A stretch of 64,000 nt of DNA, taken from positions 14,942,001-15,006,000 of the forward strand of contig NC_135761.1 of assembly GCF_052425735.1 (NCBI RefSeq), written 5' to 3'. A program made the position numbers and the translations under genes. The stretch is from Oculina patagonica (Eukaryota). A model generated the notes under the pieces. The model did no database searches. It was not told where the DNA came from and saw only the letters and a program-made list of their open reading frames with translations. This document shows positions 36,697 through 50,800 of this stretch, one piece after another. Position 1 is the first letter of the stretch; each line of letters opens with the position of its first letter.

Positions 36697-38197
36697 AAAA
36701 GAAAATGATCGGTTGGTAGCCGGGTATGGTTAAAAAATGTATTAAAAAGGATGATACTGGTTGAATAAAAACATGTTCTATTTTCAGCTAAAAAAAATGG
36801 AAATTACTAACGACATCCCTGGTGTTAAGAAAGAAAATTAAAACATATATACAATAAATGTGATAATGAACGTTTTAAGAACAGGGTGATTGAATTCTTC
36901 ACGACAGCTATAACAATAGCGTAAATAACTTTTGTATATTTTTTTAATTTTCTTTTATATAACAGCAGGGACGCAGTTAGTTATTTACATTTTTAGCTGA
37001 AGAAGGTTGCAGCAGTAACTGAAACATCCGAACACAGCTTTCTAAAGCCAATGTCAACCTTTTTTATTCATTTCCGAGGTAGGTGTATAATATATCTTTT
37101 AGTATTCGGCTACCAGCGCGTCGGGTGAGTGAGTCGCGATATCTATAGCCTGCGAACGCAGACGTATTTCCGGCTGTTTCTCTCCGCCGTAAAGTAACTT
37201 TTAGGCAGAGAAACGAAACGACAGAAACGAAGCCGCTCGCTACATTCTCTTTTTATTTAAGGACGTTTAATTTTGGGGGTGGACCCGAGCGTTCTTATTT
37301 TTACGATTTACGTTCTTTTTAAGGTGGCTCACAACGGTTTCCAGCACTTTCTAACTTTTATACTTTGATGGGTCAGTACCACAAATCTTTATCAGTTGCT
37401 GCTATAATAATGATATCAAAAAAATGTCCAATCATTGCTTAACAAGTTTTGATCATTTTCATGACGTCACTTGTCACCCTAGCAACAGTGTAACCTGGCA
37501 AAACACCCTTAATTTTTGCTTTAAGTACTTACAACTCAAAATCTAGCTCGGTGATTATTATTGCTTATTATTGTATATAAAGTTTGCAAAGTTAAAATTT
37601 CTACAAAGCGGTTGGAAATTCCCTTCTGTCATGACACATCAGAGTACATTAAGTTTACTTCCTTCCTGAATCAATTGCTAAAATTCTATATCCGCGGCGA
37701 AAACGCGAGCACAAAATTGTAGGTTTTTCCACTTCAGAAGACCATCCGAGTCGAGAACAACGTACGTTACGTGCGCTATTTGGCCGTAAGGAAAAAGATG
37801 ACGGTTATATATTTTACCACAATACCCTGCGCGGAGCCAACACAGCAAATCAGAAAGGCCCATTTTTTTGCGAAATTCTCCCATGCAACAACATTGAGTA
37901 TGCTAGGTTTGAATTTCTTAGAACTTTCATGTGTGTTTTAGTGAGCGATTTTAGGATTTTCGTGCGAAAGAATTATGTACCAGACGCCATCTTTTTCTTT
38001 AATGTGGATTCAAATCTGTGAATGCCATTACACCAACGGATAACTCCCTACATTCCGGCGCACAGCCTAGCATGAATTTCAGACCTCCCTGTCTGGTCAA
38101 CAGCTCCCAAGAGGGAGTTCTGAAATTCAGGCTACGCACAGGCCTCTAAGCCGAGAACAATGATGACTTAATAAAATTTACCGAAACAAATATTTTT

Positions 38198-38299
38198 TAT
38201 ATACTATATACAAGGCTAAAAAGAGTTAAAAAAAATGGTAAAATTAAATTTTAATTTTACCATTTTTTTAACTCTTTTTAGCCTTGTATATAGTATATA
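38198..38299. repeat. AT-rich palindrome with a 1-nt loop
   Basis: About 50-bp arms centred on 38249, differing only by one base of homopolymer length. Confidence 0.9.
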
Positions 38300-38399
38300 T
38301 TTTATAAAGCGAACATTATGGACAAATATTTTTTTATATTTCAAGGTCTTTGTTGTAATTGATTTTAATTAATCACTACAAAGAACAAATACATGCAGT

Positions 38400-38710
38400 C
38401 TACATGTATATGAGACTCTCTTTTAATTTGGACCGTAGGCCTCAACAGTTATCATTAGCTTACAGTTCAAGGCTTACAGCAAACCACCCAAATTTCGTGC
38501 AAGCTTTCATGCCAGTAACGTAACGTGCGTGCATTATGGTGACGTGCACACTGATGACAGTCAACCCCAAAGGGTTCGGTTCCACTGTGACTTGCGGTCA
38601 AGCAAACGTCACGAAAATACAAACCCTTGGACCGTCTTGTCTTCACGATACACTTTTGTCTTAGCAATAAGAGCTTAGCTCTTCATTTGCTTTCAGCAAC
38701 TTCTGAGGTA
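38400..38710 (+). repeat. Copy B of the local duplication, ending at a 5' splice site (GAG|GTAGGT)
   Basis: See copy A; similarity ends at the donor at about 38708. Confidence 0.8.
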
Positions 38711-39760
38711 GGTAAAGTATATGTCAGCAAAATAATATTCTCTTGATCTCAGTATGTTGCCTAATAATATTAAGTATTTTGCCTAGTAGCGAGTCGAGCG
38801 CGGGTTTTAAAAGGTTCTTGTGCATGGGTCACGATATGTACTGAGAAGTATAGTTCTGGATTGCGCACGAAAGAATTCGCTAGCCTAAAAATTGTTCAGA
38901 GTGCGAGTAAATACAGTGGAAAATAGACTGTTCCTGGCGTTCGGTTAATTGGGGAGCAGCGCCAAGACGAGTGTTAGTCGGAGAGACGCAGCCCCTTTCT
39001 ATTTTTCCACACGCCATTCTTCGCGCTAATCTCGTTTTTCACGGCGCGCTGGGACCGTTTGTTGAAGGATTGGATAACGCAATCAACCCTGATAAATCGC
39101 TATCCAGTGAATAAGTGCTGACAAAACAAACACCACTGAATAGTAATTTATCTGATGAATGGCGTTATCCGTCCGTTGAACAAGTGGCCCTACTCCCCAT
39201 CTAAGATCTACCCTAAGGCCTTGAACAGGGTAAAATTTTCAGTCCAAAATTCTACTGAAACTGTACTGAAGACGGTGCAAGACCGCAAAATCAAACCTAA
39301 GGGCATTCATTCTGACTGTTGATTTGTCATCTTGAACGTCTCCAACTTAAATATGTTTAGATTAAAAAGTACTTAATGGAATTTTAAAATATGGGTCATG
39401 GTTAAGTGAAAAACTCACTGCGTTAAAATATATATCACCACTAATCTTAAGCGCGTAAACAGCTAATATGTTTGTTGAAGAAGTTTGAAGGTTAAAAGGT
39501 TACCTTAATTGCAGATTAAGTTCTTCTGTTTCAACGCCAGTAGTACTTTAGAAATTTCATTCAGGAGAATGTTTTTTGTTTCCACAAGCTATTCGGATAG
39601 CCTGCATGGGATAGAAAAACAAATTCCTTGTTCAAATAACCTGCTATGAATCTAAACATGTCTGCGCATGCAACGTTTACTTGCGTGCATCCTTTTTGCT
39701 TTTTTATGGTGAATTTCTAGTCCATCCATTTAAATTCGTTTTCTTTATTCATGTGACAGG

Positions 39761-42700
39761 ATGCCTCGAGAAGACGACTCTGTGTCCCACCATTTTGACG
39801 ATGTTTTGCGATATGTTGGCGAGTTCGGTTTATGGCAGAAGTTTCTGTATTTCTCATCCTGTTTCCTCGTCATTGTGCCCAGTGCGTTGCAGATAGCCTC
39901 ACTAGTGTTCGCTACTGGAACGCCAAAGTTTCAGTGCGTGACGCCCAACGTTACTTGCAAGGAGGGCAAGTGTTGTGACGACTGCACTGATTACGTTTTT
40001 GACGAATCATTTACGAGTACCGTGACTGAGGTAGGGCGTTGGCAATAATAAGGTTTTCCAGTGTGATCGAGTCCAGGAGCGTCAACAGGGTCTTGTATAG
40101 GGTGGATGGAAGGGGTAGGCGGTATAAAGGGCGGGGCCTTTCTTTGCCCTATTCCCTTCCGAGGAGCCTGCCACTTTGACCATGGGTTGTTTTTGTTTTT
40201 GTTGTTATTGTTTTCGTCGTCCACAATATCGTGCGGACCCAAAAGTTGACAACGAAATGCTCCAGAGGGTAGAGTAGGGTCATGGACTCCTAAAGGGGAG
40301 AAGCTTTCACCCCTCGAGCTTACCGTGACTCCCAAAGGCAAGATAATGAAAACTGTGGTAGAAAGGTGATATAAATGAAAGGATTTTACAATTGCTTTTC
40401 TTTTCTCATATATGTCTTCCATACGTATACATTCACTACGTCATCCACCGACTCCACATGCAGGATATTAGAACCTACAATTGACCTGCTCCAAACGTAT
40501 GCACCGGTATCGCGGAGGCCGGGCGCGGAGGTCATGGTCTTGAAACCCGTTGCTTAAATTTCCTGTACATTACGAAGATCGTTTCACTCATTTCATTTTT
40601 GTTTGCTTTAAGCCCGGGCCAAACGAAGATGAGAGTTAATGAGAATTGACTAACGTGAGAGTTTTCGTCAACTCTTCATCAACTATCGTCAACTTGGGCC
40701 AAACGAGAACAAGAGTCTGTCAAACTCTCATCGACTCTCACGAAAAACTGAATTTGAGCACGTTCAAAGTCGATGAGGGCGCATGAGAGTCGATGAGATC
40801 ACATAAAAATTCCATGCCAAACGAGAGCGAGAGTTTGAACTCTCGCCAACTCTCGTCCTCATTTGGCCAGTGCTTTATTGTTTTTTGTTCAATGTTTAGC
40901 TTTAGCTTTCCTTATATGTCGATCGTGGACGCCTTTTCAAAAACGGGAGAAAATTTTCCAGAACAACTAACTGCTTTCTCTCCTCGCCTGGCTGTTGAAT
41001 TCATACTCCCCTTGATTTCTTTCTTTCGTTCATAATCAGTAATCTTTTTAATGTTACTGTTTCAGTGGAATCTGATTTGCGACAAGGCTAACATCGCCGC
41101 CATTGTTCAGTCGTTATTTGTGGCCGGTATGATGGCAGGATCGCTGTTATTTGGAGCAATATCTGACTACTTTGGCAGGAGGTTTTGTCTTTTTCTGTGC
41201 AGCGCACTGGCGGTGAGTAAAACTTCTTAATCTTAATAGGAACGGCGGTCGTCGGTTAACATTCGCGGATGAACAGTGCACGGTTACCCTCTAACTGAAC
41301 GTCATAGTTTTTGCAATGTTGCCCGCTTAGAGACTTTTAGACTGCTCACAGCCTCTCTATTTTTCAAAGGAAAAGAACGCGCGCAAAGCGAGCGTGAGTG
41401 AATACGTCCAGTTCCCGCGTTCAACGATCGAAAAAAAATACAAAACAATAGAGGGCTGTGAACAGTCTAAAGACTTTTGGCGGGAAACAGTTTCATTGTT
41501 AGACGGTCATGTGGCCTCGAAGTAGCCAATGAGAGCGCGCGTTGCTGGGGAAAAATTCCAGCTATAACAATGGATTGTAGTGCATGCTTACGTATATATG
41601 AACTTGATTGCGCGGCTCTGCTAGCTATGTTACAACACCTAACAACCTTTATTTTCATTTCCTAGCTGTGTTTTAGCTTGGCATCTAGTTTCGTGGACTG
41701 TTTGTCGTTCTTTACATTCCTTCGCTTCTGCTCGGGTGCCGCCATTACTGGTATGTTTGTAGGCCACTATGTTTACATTCTGGAGCTGGTTGGAGCCAGC
41801 TATCGCACTTTGGCGGGAAAAGTTCAGGACGTGTTTTGGGTCCTAGGCGCCTGTATTATGGTGCTGATCGCGTACCTCGTAAGAGACTGGAGACAAGTCC
41901 TTCTTATCGCCAGTTTCCCCGCAGGATTCTTCTTTGTATTATGGAGGTGGGTGTGCGAATATGTAATCAACTGAGGTCGGAACACAGAGTTTGAAGTGTT
42001 ACACATACAAGAAGTAGAGAAATAAGAAATTTTAAGCAAGTAAGGGTTATCCGACCTTCTTTCATGGGCTCAATAAATTTCACTCCTCCACCGACAAATA
42101 AGGAAACTCTTTATCCATACTATAATCAGTTGTAAAATGAATGAAGAGAAAATAATTTTTATTGCGACCACTTCTCCACTTATTTTCAAATGAAGGTAAC
42201 GTTTTACGCTATCCGTCTAGGAAGGGTCCCATTTTCGATACCATTTGAATTAAACCCTCAAATATCTAATGGATAAATAGCTCACCGTCTGAAACGACTA
42301 CTGAAGTTCTCGCAAGCTCTGAACCCTTTAGGGTCCGGCGGAGATAATTTCAACCCTCAGTCATAAAACTGCTTAACGCTTGTACCATAAGTACTGACTC
42401 AAGGTAACCAGCTACTGTCCTTATAACGGACCAGAAGGGGAACCCCGTCCAAAAGGGGTGCCTTTTTAAAGCTGGAGGTCTATAAAAAAAGATAGGGATT
42501 TCACGTGTTGGAGTATAGAAAAGGGTTGACCTTTTAAAATATCTTGAACAGACCCGCTTAAAGTATGTTTTATCTCAGTGCTTTAAATAAAAGTTTTAAA
42601 AATAGATGCATTATTTCCTGTTAAAAGAGATATAAAAAAGGGTAATTGAAACTCGGGACGGAGCCTACCCGTATATACAATATTTTTGAGTAGCCCCTTA

Positions 42701-45700
42701 CCCGAACTCCGGTGCCACCCTCTTAACACACCCTTTATCCCTATTTTCCCTAGTTTCCTCCTGATTGCTTTTTATTTTTAAAACCTTCATTTTTTTAGAG
42801 TATTCCCCGAATCTCTCAGATGGTTGGTCACTCAAGGTCGATTAGAAGATGCGCATGCGATTCTTATGAAGTACGCTGAAAAGAGCTCGGTGATGGTGGA
42901 CTCAGAAACCCTCACATCCATGTTAGAGGGATGCCGAGCAGCTGAGACTAGGGTTACGTCTAAAATTGAAAGTTCGCCATTGGATCTTGTGCGCACGCCA
43001 AGAATGAGGAAAAGAACAGTGATTCTTTGCTATAACTGGTATGCTGATCACTTATTTTTATTAAGTTTAAAAACTTAATAAACATACGTAATGTAAGGTG
43101 TTTAAAGCCTACCAAACTGCAAAGTGCTGGTCGAGCGTTAAATAGAGTGCGTTACGATACGATACGAAAACTTTATTTAGACACGGTATTTCCATCAGCT
43201 ATTTTAAAGTTGAAAGAAAACTGCGACTGAGATAACAGATATGCGTCACCTTGTAGTTACAAACTGACACGGCGGGAAATAAACAAAAAACTAAGCCATT
43301 TGGGTTCATGATTGTTAAATCTCTTTCCTTTGAAGACGCGAAAGCCCTGGATATGAGATTTTTAACACCAGTCTCTTGTCCAGAGTCTACAGGTTCTTCA
43401 GTCAGCAGGCAGTTGGCAGACAAATTTGAAGACTCGGTAAGAGATAAAGGAACTACTGATGCACGTGCATGGTTTCTAAGCCTGACTAAAGATATCTTAA
43501 AAAACTATTAAAATAGCTTGATTAAACAATTAAGCACGCTTGCCTTATGATCGACCATCGAGGTCGACCATCGTGGCTCCCCCGGTTGGATCACTAGAAA
43601 TAAATCATGTAAATCTTGTTGTTGTTGTTTTTTTATCGCAGGTTGGTGTTGAACATGATATTTTACGGAATCATGCTGTATGTTCCTGGGCTGGCTGGTA
43701 ATATGTACCTGAATATATTCCTGATGTTTGTTACTGACCTACCACACACCCCTATGGCTTGGATTGTCTTCAAATAGTACGTGAATTTCGTTATGTTTAC
43801 TTACATTATTTTTTTACCAATCAGTAAAAATTTCAAGCCCTCGTCAAACCTTGAAATTCCGATTGCACAGAAATCGTCTCTGACTTGGAGAATCAATCTC
43901 TAGGGCTAACCGTCGATCAAACCCTTAGAAATTCACTCGACATCAATGTCTAATGCATGTGTGGTTTTATTTCAGTTTTGGTCGCCGTGTACCGCACTGC
44001 ATGTTCATGATGATCAGCGGTTTCTCGTGTCTTTTGGTACTTACTGTTCCAGAAGGTTGGTGTAGTGCAATAGAGAAATCAGTGTGAGAAATCAGTGTTT
44101 CAATCTCGTCTTCAGAGCTTGCACTACGAACAGGCCGGGAAAAGCAGGCTCTGGGCACGAAATTGATTTTTTTTTTCAAACACGGTGCATTGGCCTTGAA
44201 AATATGTTCTTGTTAGAGTTTGTCTTCCGTTTAGCCTGCCAAAATTTAAACAGATAAATTCTTTTTTCCTGTTTTATGATGGAGAATCAAGAGGGGAACC
44301 TCTGTTGGATGAGTGTATTATTTGACGAGCTAATTATAACCAGTGAAAACTCCGCGATTTCAAAAGAACACTTGCGTGTCGTATCAAATGAAATTCGCTT
44401 TATACAGTTAAGGGGAAGCTAGCACCTCTGCTTCCTGACTCGTCCCCAATTGTCTCTTGTGAGGAAAAAGCCGGCCCGCGCCCAGTCTCCCGCCTTTCCT
44501 TCTTCAAGCCATGCGTCGCGTCTTTTAACTTTCCAATAACAACTAAAAAGGGGTCGGCATTCTTGCGTAGATTTTGTCTGATTTTGTCTTTTAAAGATTC
44601 AGGATTTCAACAATTTGAATTACTTTTTGGAGCCAATAAGAAACGGCAGAAAAGTGCTTCAATCACATTGTCAAAATCTCCTCCTGTTGTATGTTCACTC
44701 AGGAGTTACTTTTTGTTCTTGTATTAACTTTGGGAATTTTGATTTTACCTTGTGAACAGATCTAAAAGGACTGATAACAGCTTTGGCAATAATTGGAAGA
44801 TTCTTTGGATCAGCATCTTTCTCGAATATCTACTTATACAGCACTGAACTTTACCCGACCACTATCAGGTCTGTGTACAGCTATGCAAATACATGGCCGC
44901 CAGATATAACATAGCGTGCACGCAGAAATAAGTAATTTCTCTTCGAATCATGCAGTATTCAACTTGATATCTCACGAGTTAGCGCAGCCAACATATTCTG
45001 AAGGACGATTACTCCTTCGAATAATTACGATCGTTTTCCAGAGTATCCGAAGGTTTTAAAAACGTTTCGGAGATTTCCGAATATTGCCGAGAAAGATCCG
45101 AAGGCGTTCTTTGTTACAGTGAGTGATTCGTTTACGCTTTTTTTTTTAGGAACATGGCCCTTGGTACCTGCTCAACTTTCTCTCGCATCGGAGGGATTGT
45201 GGTTCCTTTCATCGTTGCACTGGTGAGTCTGTATAACAATTAATAACAATAATAACGCTTAAGTATAAAAATAAGCGAAAATAAGCCACGACGTTTCGAA
45301 CTCATCTTGAGTTCATTATCAAGTAGATATGAGTAAAATAATGGTCGAGTTAAGTTTAAATGCAAATAGAGGTGATAGAGTATATTAGAATATTTTAAAA
45401 TATAACGCTAACAGTTTTATCAGTTCAGTATACTAATACTTTTCCACAAGTCCATTGGTCCTGAGTGCCTTTATTCCTCATAACTTTTCATATGTTCTCC
45501 TTTAGGGTCAGCTTCCTGGTGTGTCTGTGACTTTACCTTTGGTTATCATCGGTGTTTTGACTCTGATCGCAAGTTTGGTGTCCCTGTGGTTGCCAGAAAC
45601 TCTCCTGTCAAACATGAGTGAAACAGTAGCAGACATAGAGAGCTCCAGAGAGAGTTATGGCGTCATATGGATGGGAAAGCCTCACCCGTGCCCGGTTTCC

Positions 45701-46492
45701 TTACCATGCACTAGGTACGAACAGTGAAACAGCAATAAGAGATTAGCATGTATAAGTACTTGTTCAGTTGTACATACGGCTTACTGACTTGCTCTCACGG
45801 ATATTGAACCCCAAAGTTCCAACTTGGTTTATCTCGACATACCTATTTGGTAAAAATGTCTTTAAAAATCTCGAAAACTTAAGTTCAAAAAGGCAGTGAT
45901 TTTTTGTTTTCCAAAAATCGCACTTCTGAAGACGCCGTTGCATTGTCGGTAGAGGTGTAAAATTGAGAGGGCGGGGTTGTACACTCATAAATCCATACGC
46001 ACCGTACACGACCAAAGACGGTGCACAGTGATTAGTGATCACTGGGGCTGAGCTAGCCACAGTGATTAGTTGTTCACAGTGATTAGTTCACAAATCAAAT
46101 GGCGAGCAAGGTATTTTTCAAAGCACGTGTAACAAGTATGTTAGCAGAGCAAGTCGAAATAAATTCTTGCAGTTAGCGTTGTAGACTACCTTATTACTAG
46201 CTATTTTTAACCAACATTTCTTCTCCTGTATGTAACTTAGTGTACTATGCTACAACTGGTGCTGTTTTTATGAACATCGTTACCATTACTGTACTGCTGA
46301 ATAACTCACTGCAGTATTCATTTTTCCTTGAACAGTTGTCAAGACTCAGAAGAACAGAACGTGTACGTTTTAACAGAGACATCCAATAAGGACCACTCAG
46401 GAAGGAGCTCAGAAGAGCCCGAGGACCTAAAAGAGACAACACCTCTGGCCACTACAGAAGACGAACCATTGGAGACAAAACCAAATGTTTAA
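39761..46492 (+). CDS. SLC22-family organic cation/carnitine transporter-like (MFS), 10 coding exons
   Basis: Coding exons: 39761-40030, 41066-41212, 41666-41946, 42799-43038, 43642-43776, 43976-44055, 44760-44868, 45150-45222, 45506-45714, 46336-46492 (TAA). SLC22 motifs FDDVLRYVGEFGLWQK, STVTEWNLICD, SDYFGRR, PESLRWL, ELYPTTIR, LPET. A splice acceptor immediately before the ATG implies a non-coding upstream exon. Confidence 0.92.
40610..40877. mobile_element. MITE with GGCCAAACGAG / GAGAGTT repeats
   Basis: AAGCCCGGGCCAAACGAAGATGAGAGTT ... AACTCTCGTCCTCATTTGGCCAGTGCTT. Confidence 0.65.
41338..41469. mobile_element. Small MITE
   Basis: TIR TAGACTGCTCACAGCCTCTCTATT / AATAGAGGGCTGTGAACAGTCTA. 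Confidence 0.7.
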
Positions 46493-47894
46493 CGCTCTCG
46501 TCCAAGCAACGAAATGCTCCATTTAGCTTAGGAACAGGGTTCTAATTTTTGCCTTGATTGCAATGCTATAAAGTCAAGTTTAATCTTAGTAATTGATCAG
46601 TGAAACAATTTAAAAAGCGCTTGCAAAGCAAGCATTAATCATTTAACATAATCACAAAATGTGAAGGGGCTAAAATAAGGTTATGTCTTCGTTCGAGACC
46701 ACTGGTCGGTAGCATTAAGCGACTAAGAGTTTTTGTACACCCCCACTCCCCCTGAATGGGCTTTTAGTCTTTCGCGAGGGGGATCACTCTTACACCTGAA
46801 AAGTGAGTTTTCTACGGGTTGCCCAAATTGTTACAGTTACTTTTCATTTGCTATTCAAAGTAACAATACTTAATTTTTATTCTCTGTAAGCTTTAATATC
46901 ACTGCTGGCTCAGCCCTGGCTCTGTTTAGGTAATGAATAAATAGCAGTAAAACTGTGTATTACAATAAAACAGGCTGAAGGTCGGTTAAAGTTGCTTTTA
47001 TTGTGTTACCATTTCCAATGGCGTGGTTGTTTTTCTATAAATATATACTGTTGCTGCTAACTAGCAAAGTTAAATACACAATTTTTTTAAGTTTCAAAAT
47101 CCCTACGAGGCACTCCACACAGGGTCAATTAATGCTGAAATGGGAAAATTCTCAAAAATACTTTAATTTATACACCTTATAGATACGTGACGTGATATAA
47201 ATATTGTTAATAGAAGAATAAAAGCCTCGAAATTGAATTCAAATTGAAATTGAAATGGAACTGAATCGTGAAAATATTCAGTTAGACACGGGCAATTGCA
47301 TATTAATAATCTGAAAAAATACATTATATTTTCCGAGAAAGAGGTTTAACCTTTAAACAGAGCTACTTCTTGAAGATTACATAAAATACATTTAAGGCTG
47401 CTATTGAATAATTTAAAAATAGAACGCTTAAAGACAGCCTTTTCTCCTAAAAAGTTCAAAAGGTTAAAATACAGTATTCTTTACAGTTGCGGATAGGCGC
47501 TAATCCTTTTGCATTCTGTTGAAATATTTGCGTGTAGAACAATTAAAACACTTTCCACATTCATTCAGTAAGAATTCTTGGTCGTTACTGCTGGAACCAA
47601 GAAATGCTTGCAGAATTACACCAGTAAAAGAATCCTAGGAAAAGTGTTTTCTTCGAGAAAAAAACAATGAGTTGTATGGAAGGGTTGCTGGTACCCTGCC
47701 TAGTCCCCAGTCGCTCTCTCTAGTTTCGGTGACCGCGCAGCGCCTGGCATGGGAGAGGACCAGTGCTATAAGGTGACGTCACCGCTGACGACAGATATTC
47801 CAAGATGAAGGTGCTCCTAGATGTAAGTAAGTAGTACTAAAGTGGTCTCAGTTGATCGGCCATAAGAAAGTCTGTTCTGTCAAAAGATCACTGG

Positions 47895-50800
47895 CTACCG
47901 TGACCGTTCGTCTGTACCAGCCTGAGCTAAGCTTTTCTCCAAAAGCGCAACTTGTTCTGTAAAAGTACGCAAAAATAAAATAAACAAACGTAAATAAGAG
48001 ACGTTAGTTCCTTAGCACACCACCTCAAAACAGTGTCCGTACGGAACGACCCCGGACGAGCATCAAATTGAGGCCTGCCTCAAATTCACGTTACTCGTCC
48101 CAGTCTTTTCAGGTCTTGCTTACCGTCACTAAGTTCTCCAATAGTGCTCATCTTTTGAAGAAATTCGCTGCAGATGTCATTGTCCAGACCAAAAGCCTTC
48201 ATGTTACTTAGAAACGTCCTGAAGAGTTTTTAAAAGAATGAAATAGACTTTCAATTATTAAAATAGACCAAGATAACGCAAATTTTAAATTATTTCCCAT
48301 TACCTATACAATGTTGAAAGCGCAAGACGCGTTTGGTTTGTAGCTGACGTTAAAAAGACGAAAAGTTACGTAAAAAACATTTCCCCTTAAAGGACCCTAG
48401 TCAGCCACGCCTTTGTTTTTGTTTACATCCGAGAGTTTCGGTATTATATTTTACGCAGAGCGTGTCCAAACGATAGAGATCACTGTAAGGTAATTAAACA
48501 GACTTCCGGTATCACAACTTACAGCAATTTAATCAGATTTCGCTTCACCACGCAATTTTCATAATTTCGATGGCATCGAAAATGGCGAAGGCTGACTAGC
48601 GTTCTTTAAAAGTTAATCAAAACGCCTCATCGTGCGTGCGTCGAGCGTGCAGCGATGTCTGATGTAAACCTTCCTTGTCTAAACCTCCAAAGATGACAAA
48701 TGTTCTTTTTTTTATTGAGAACAACAAATTTTCTTACAATACTAACATTACTTACAATACCACAAATTACTTAAACAAAACTAACATTACTTACAATACT
48801 AACATTAACTACATTACTTACAGTTACTAACAGTACAAGAAAACATTGTTAACAATACTGACAATACCTTATATCCTAATAAAACACTGGTGTTACCTAC
48901 CATATTAACAATACTTAACTTACAATACTATCTTTGCTTATTACTTCAGTTTAAATCTATATATATTTCTCTCTTTTTCTTTTTTTTTTCTTTTTTTCTT
49001 ACTATGCTTTCAGTGATGCTAACAATAAGCAAATGTTGTTACACTCACCCCAGTTTACCAAATGTGCTGTTTTTGTCACATTCCTGATATTCACTTTGCT
49101 CCTGTGGCGACCAGCTGTGCCATATATCTCTAAAGGACAGAAATAAAACAAGATAAATATGCATTTATAAAAAAAGAAACAGAAACACTAAAGGCCAGAT
49201 TAGAACTTCTATATAAGTGAGAAAGTAAGTTTTAGCAATGCGACGAAAACTGGAATGTTCGGAGTTACGAGATTATCTGCAGAAACACGACCCGGTCGTT
49301 TACAAATAAGACCAAACTAACGAAAAAATTAAAGTAAAAAGCATGTAACATTTTCTTGAACGTTGAACACATCAAGCTCTATCAATGTCTGAAAATTTAC
49401 AAACCTTGGAATAGCAGGAACTTCTCGTTCACCGTGTACAGCATCGAAAAACGCCGCGTTCCAAAACCGTAGGGATTTCCTGCATTTAGAAACATTCAAT
49501 ACATACATCAATACGAATCTGGATTTAAAAATAACAGCTTAAATGAAAGCTCTTGTGGAACACCAACATCGTGTACACATTCTATGAAATTATTTTATTT
49601 CAGGAATTTTTTTTTCCAACTCAGTTACAAGTTAGATTTGGGTAAAATGTTTCTATTCACTTAAAAATAATTACATTTGTTAATGCTAACAACTGCACGT
49701 AAACAGGTTAACGTAAAATGGTTGGTCATATAAAAGAACCCTGCGGGACTAAAATATGGGCAAATGCCACCTTCTCTTCTATTTAACGAATAGAAAAATA
49801 AACCACACAAGACTTCTTTTTACCAAATAGGTTGATCTCTCAGGTACGGAACAATGAACTGCCTTATCACCTCCTCACCATCTGTTTAAAATAAAACAAT
49901 AAAACTTACAGAAAAATACACAAAGAGTGGCTAAAAGAGCCACAACATGTTAAAAGCCACGCGCGCAATCAGGCCAGTAGAATGCGTCCGTCATTCACAT
50001 TGGGCCGAGGTGAAATTCAACGCACACAGGCGTTTATTAGCGATCACTTATTTTAACTGATACCTCATAATAAGACGACTATCACTTTCATAAAATGAGG
50101 GCGAGTATGATCTAATTGTTTTGAAACAAACTATTAAGGATGACAGTCATAGACCTAAAATTTTTATGTATTTTAAGCAAAAATCATAATAATTTTCCAA
50201 TTTGGTATGCCCTGATGATGCGCCCGCGAGAACGCGAGGCGCAACAATGGCGGCCAGTGGAGTCCGCGAGAGAGAAGTCGCCCGAACGAGCGGGACCACC
50301 ACAAGGGTGAGCCAGCTGCGGACAGACCGGAAAAAACGCACAGACGCGACCGCAGAGGAAGGAGGGAACGGCCCGCCCGACGGACCCCCCATAGTTCCCG
50401 AACCAAGGCGAAGGGAAAGGCGCTTTCAGGGCAATGACCTTAATGGAAACGCACGCGCGACCTACGCATGTGTTAAATCAGCGAATACCGTAAATGCTCA
50501 ATTTACCCCCTGTCTCTTTAAAAACCCTCCTCTCTTATAGAACATTATATGTAGTACGCTTACTGTTATACGATTTGAAATAAGCCTCTCCCCGGTCTTT
50601 AACAAGCTTTCCTCTCTATTAAGCCCCATTCCCCTCCCTCCATCAAAAGGTCCTAAAAAGAAGTAAGCCCCGACGGGAAGGGCAGGGCTGCAAATAACAG
50701 TCGGTCATCGGACATTGGCCAAACAAAATTTGCTAATGTCACCAAATCCAAGGGGTCGGACATAATGTCTGGACAATTTTTTGCTCATAAATCATTTTAC

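Noticed and set aside
50147-50540. GC-rich ORFs on both strands; similar ORFs at 3744-4134, 56993-57519 and 59985-60481
   Set aside because: All coincide with compositionally odd patches that are probably gap-fill or repeat interiors; no coherent protein.
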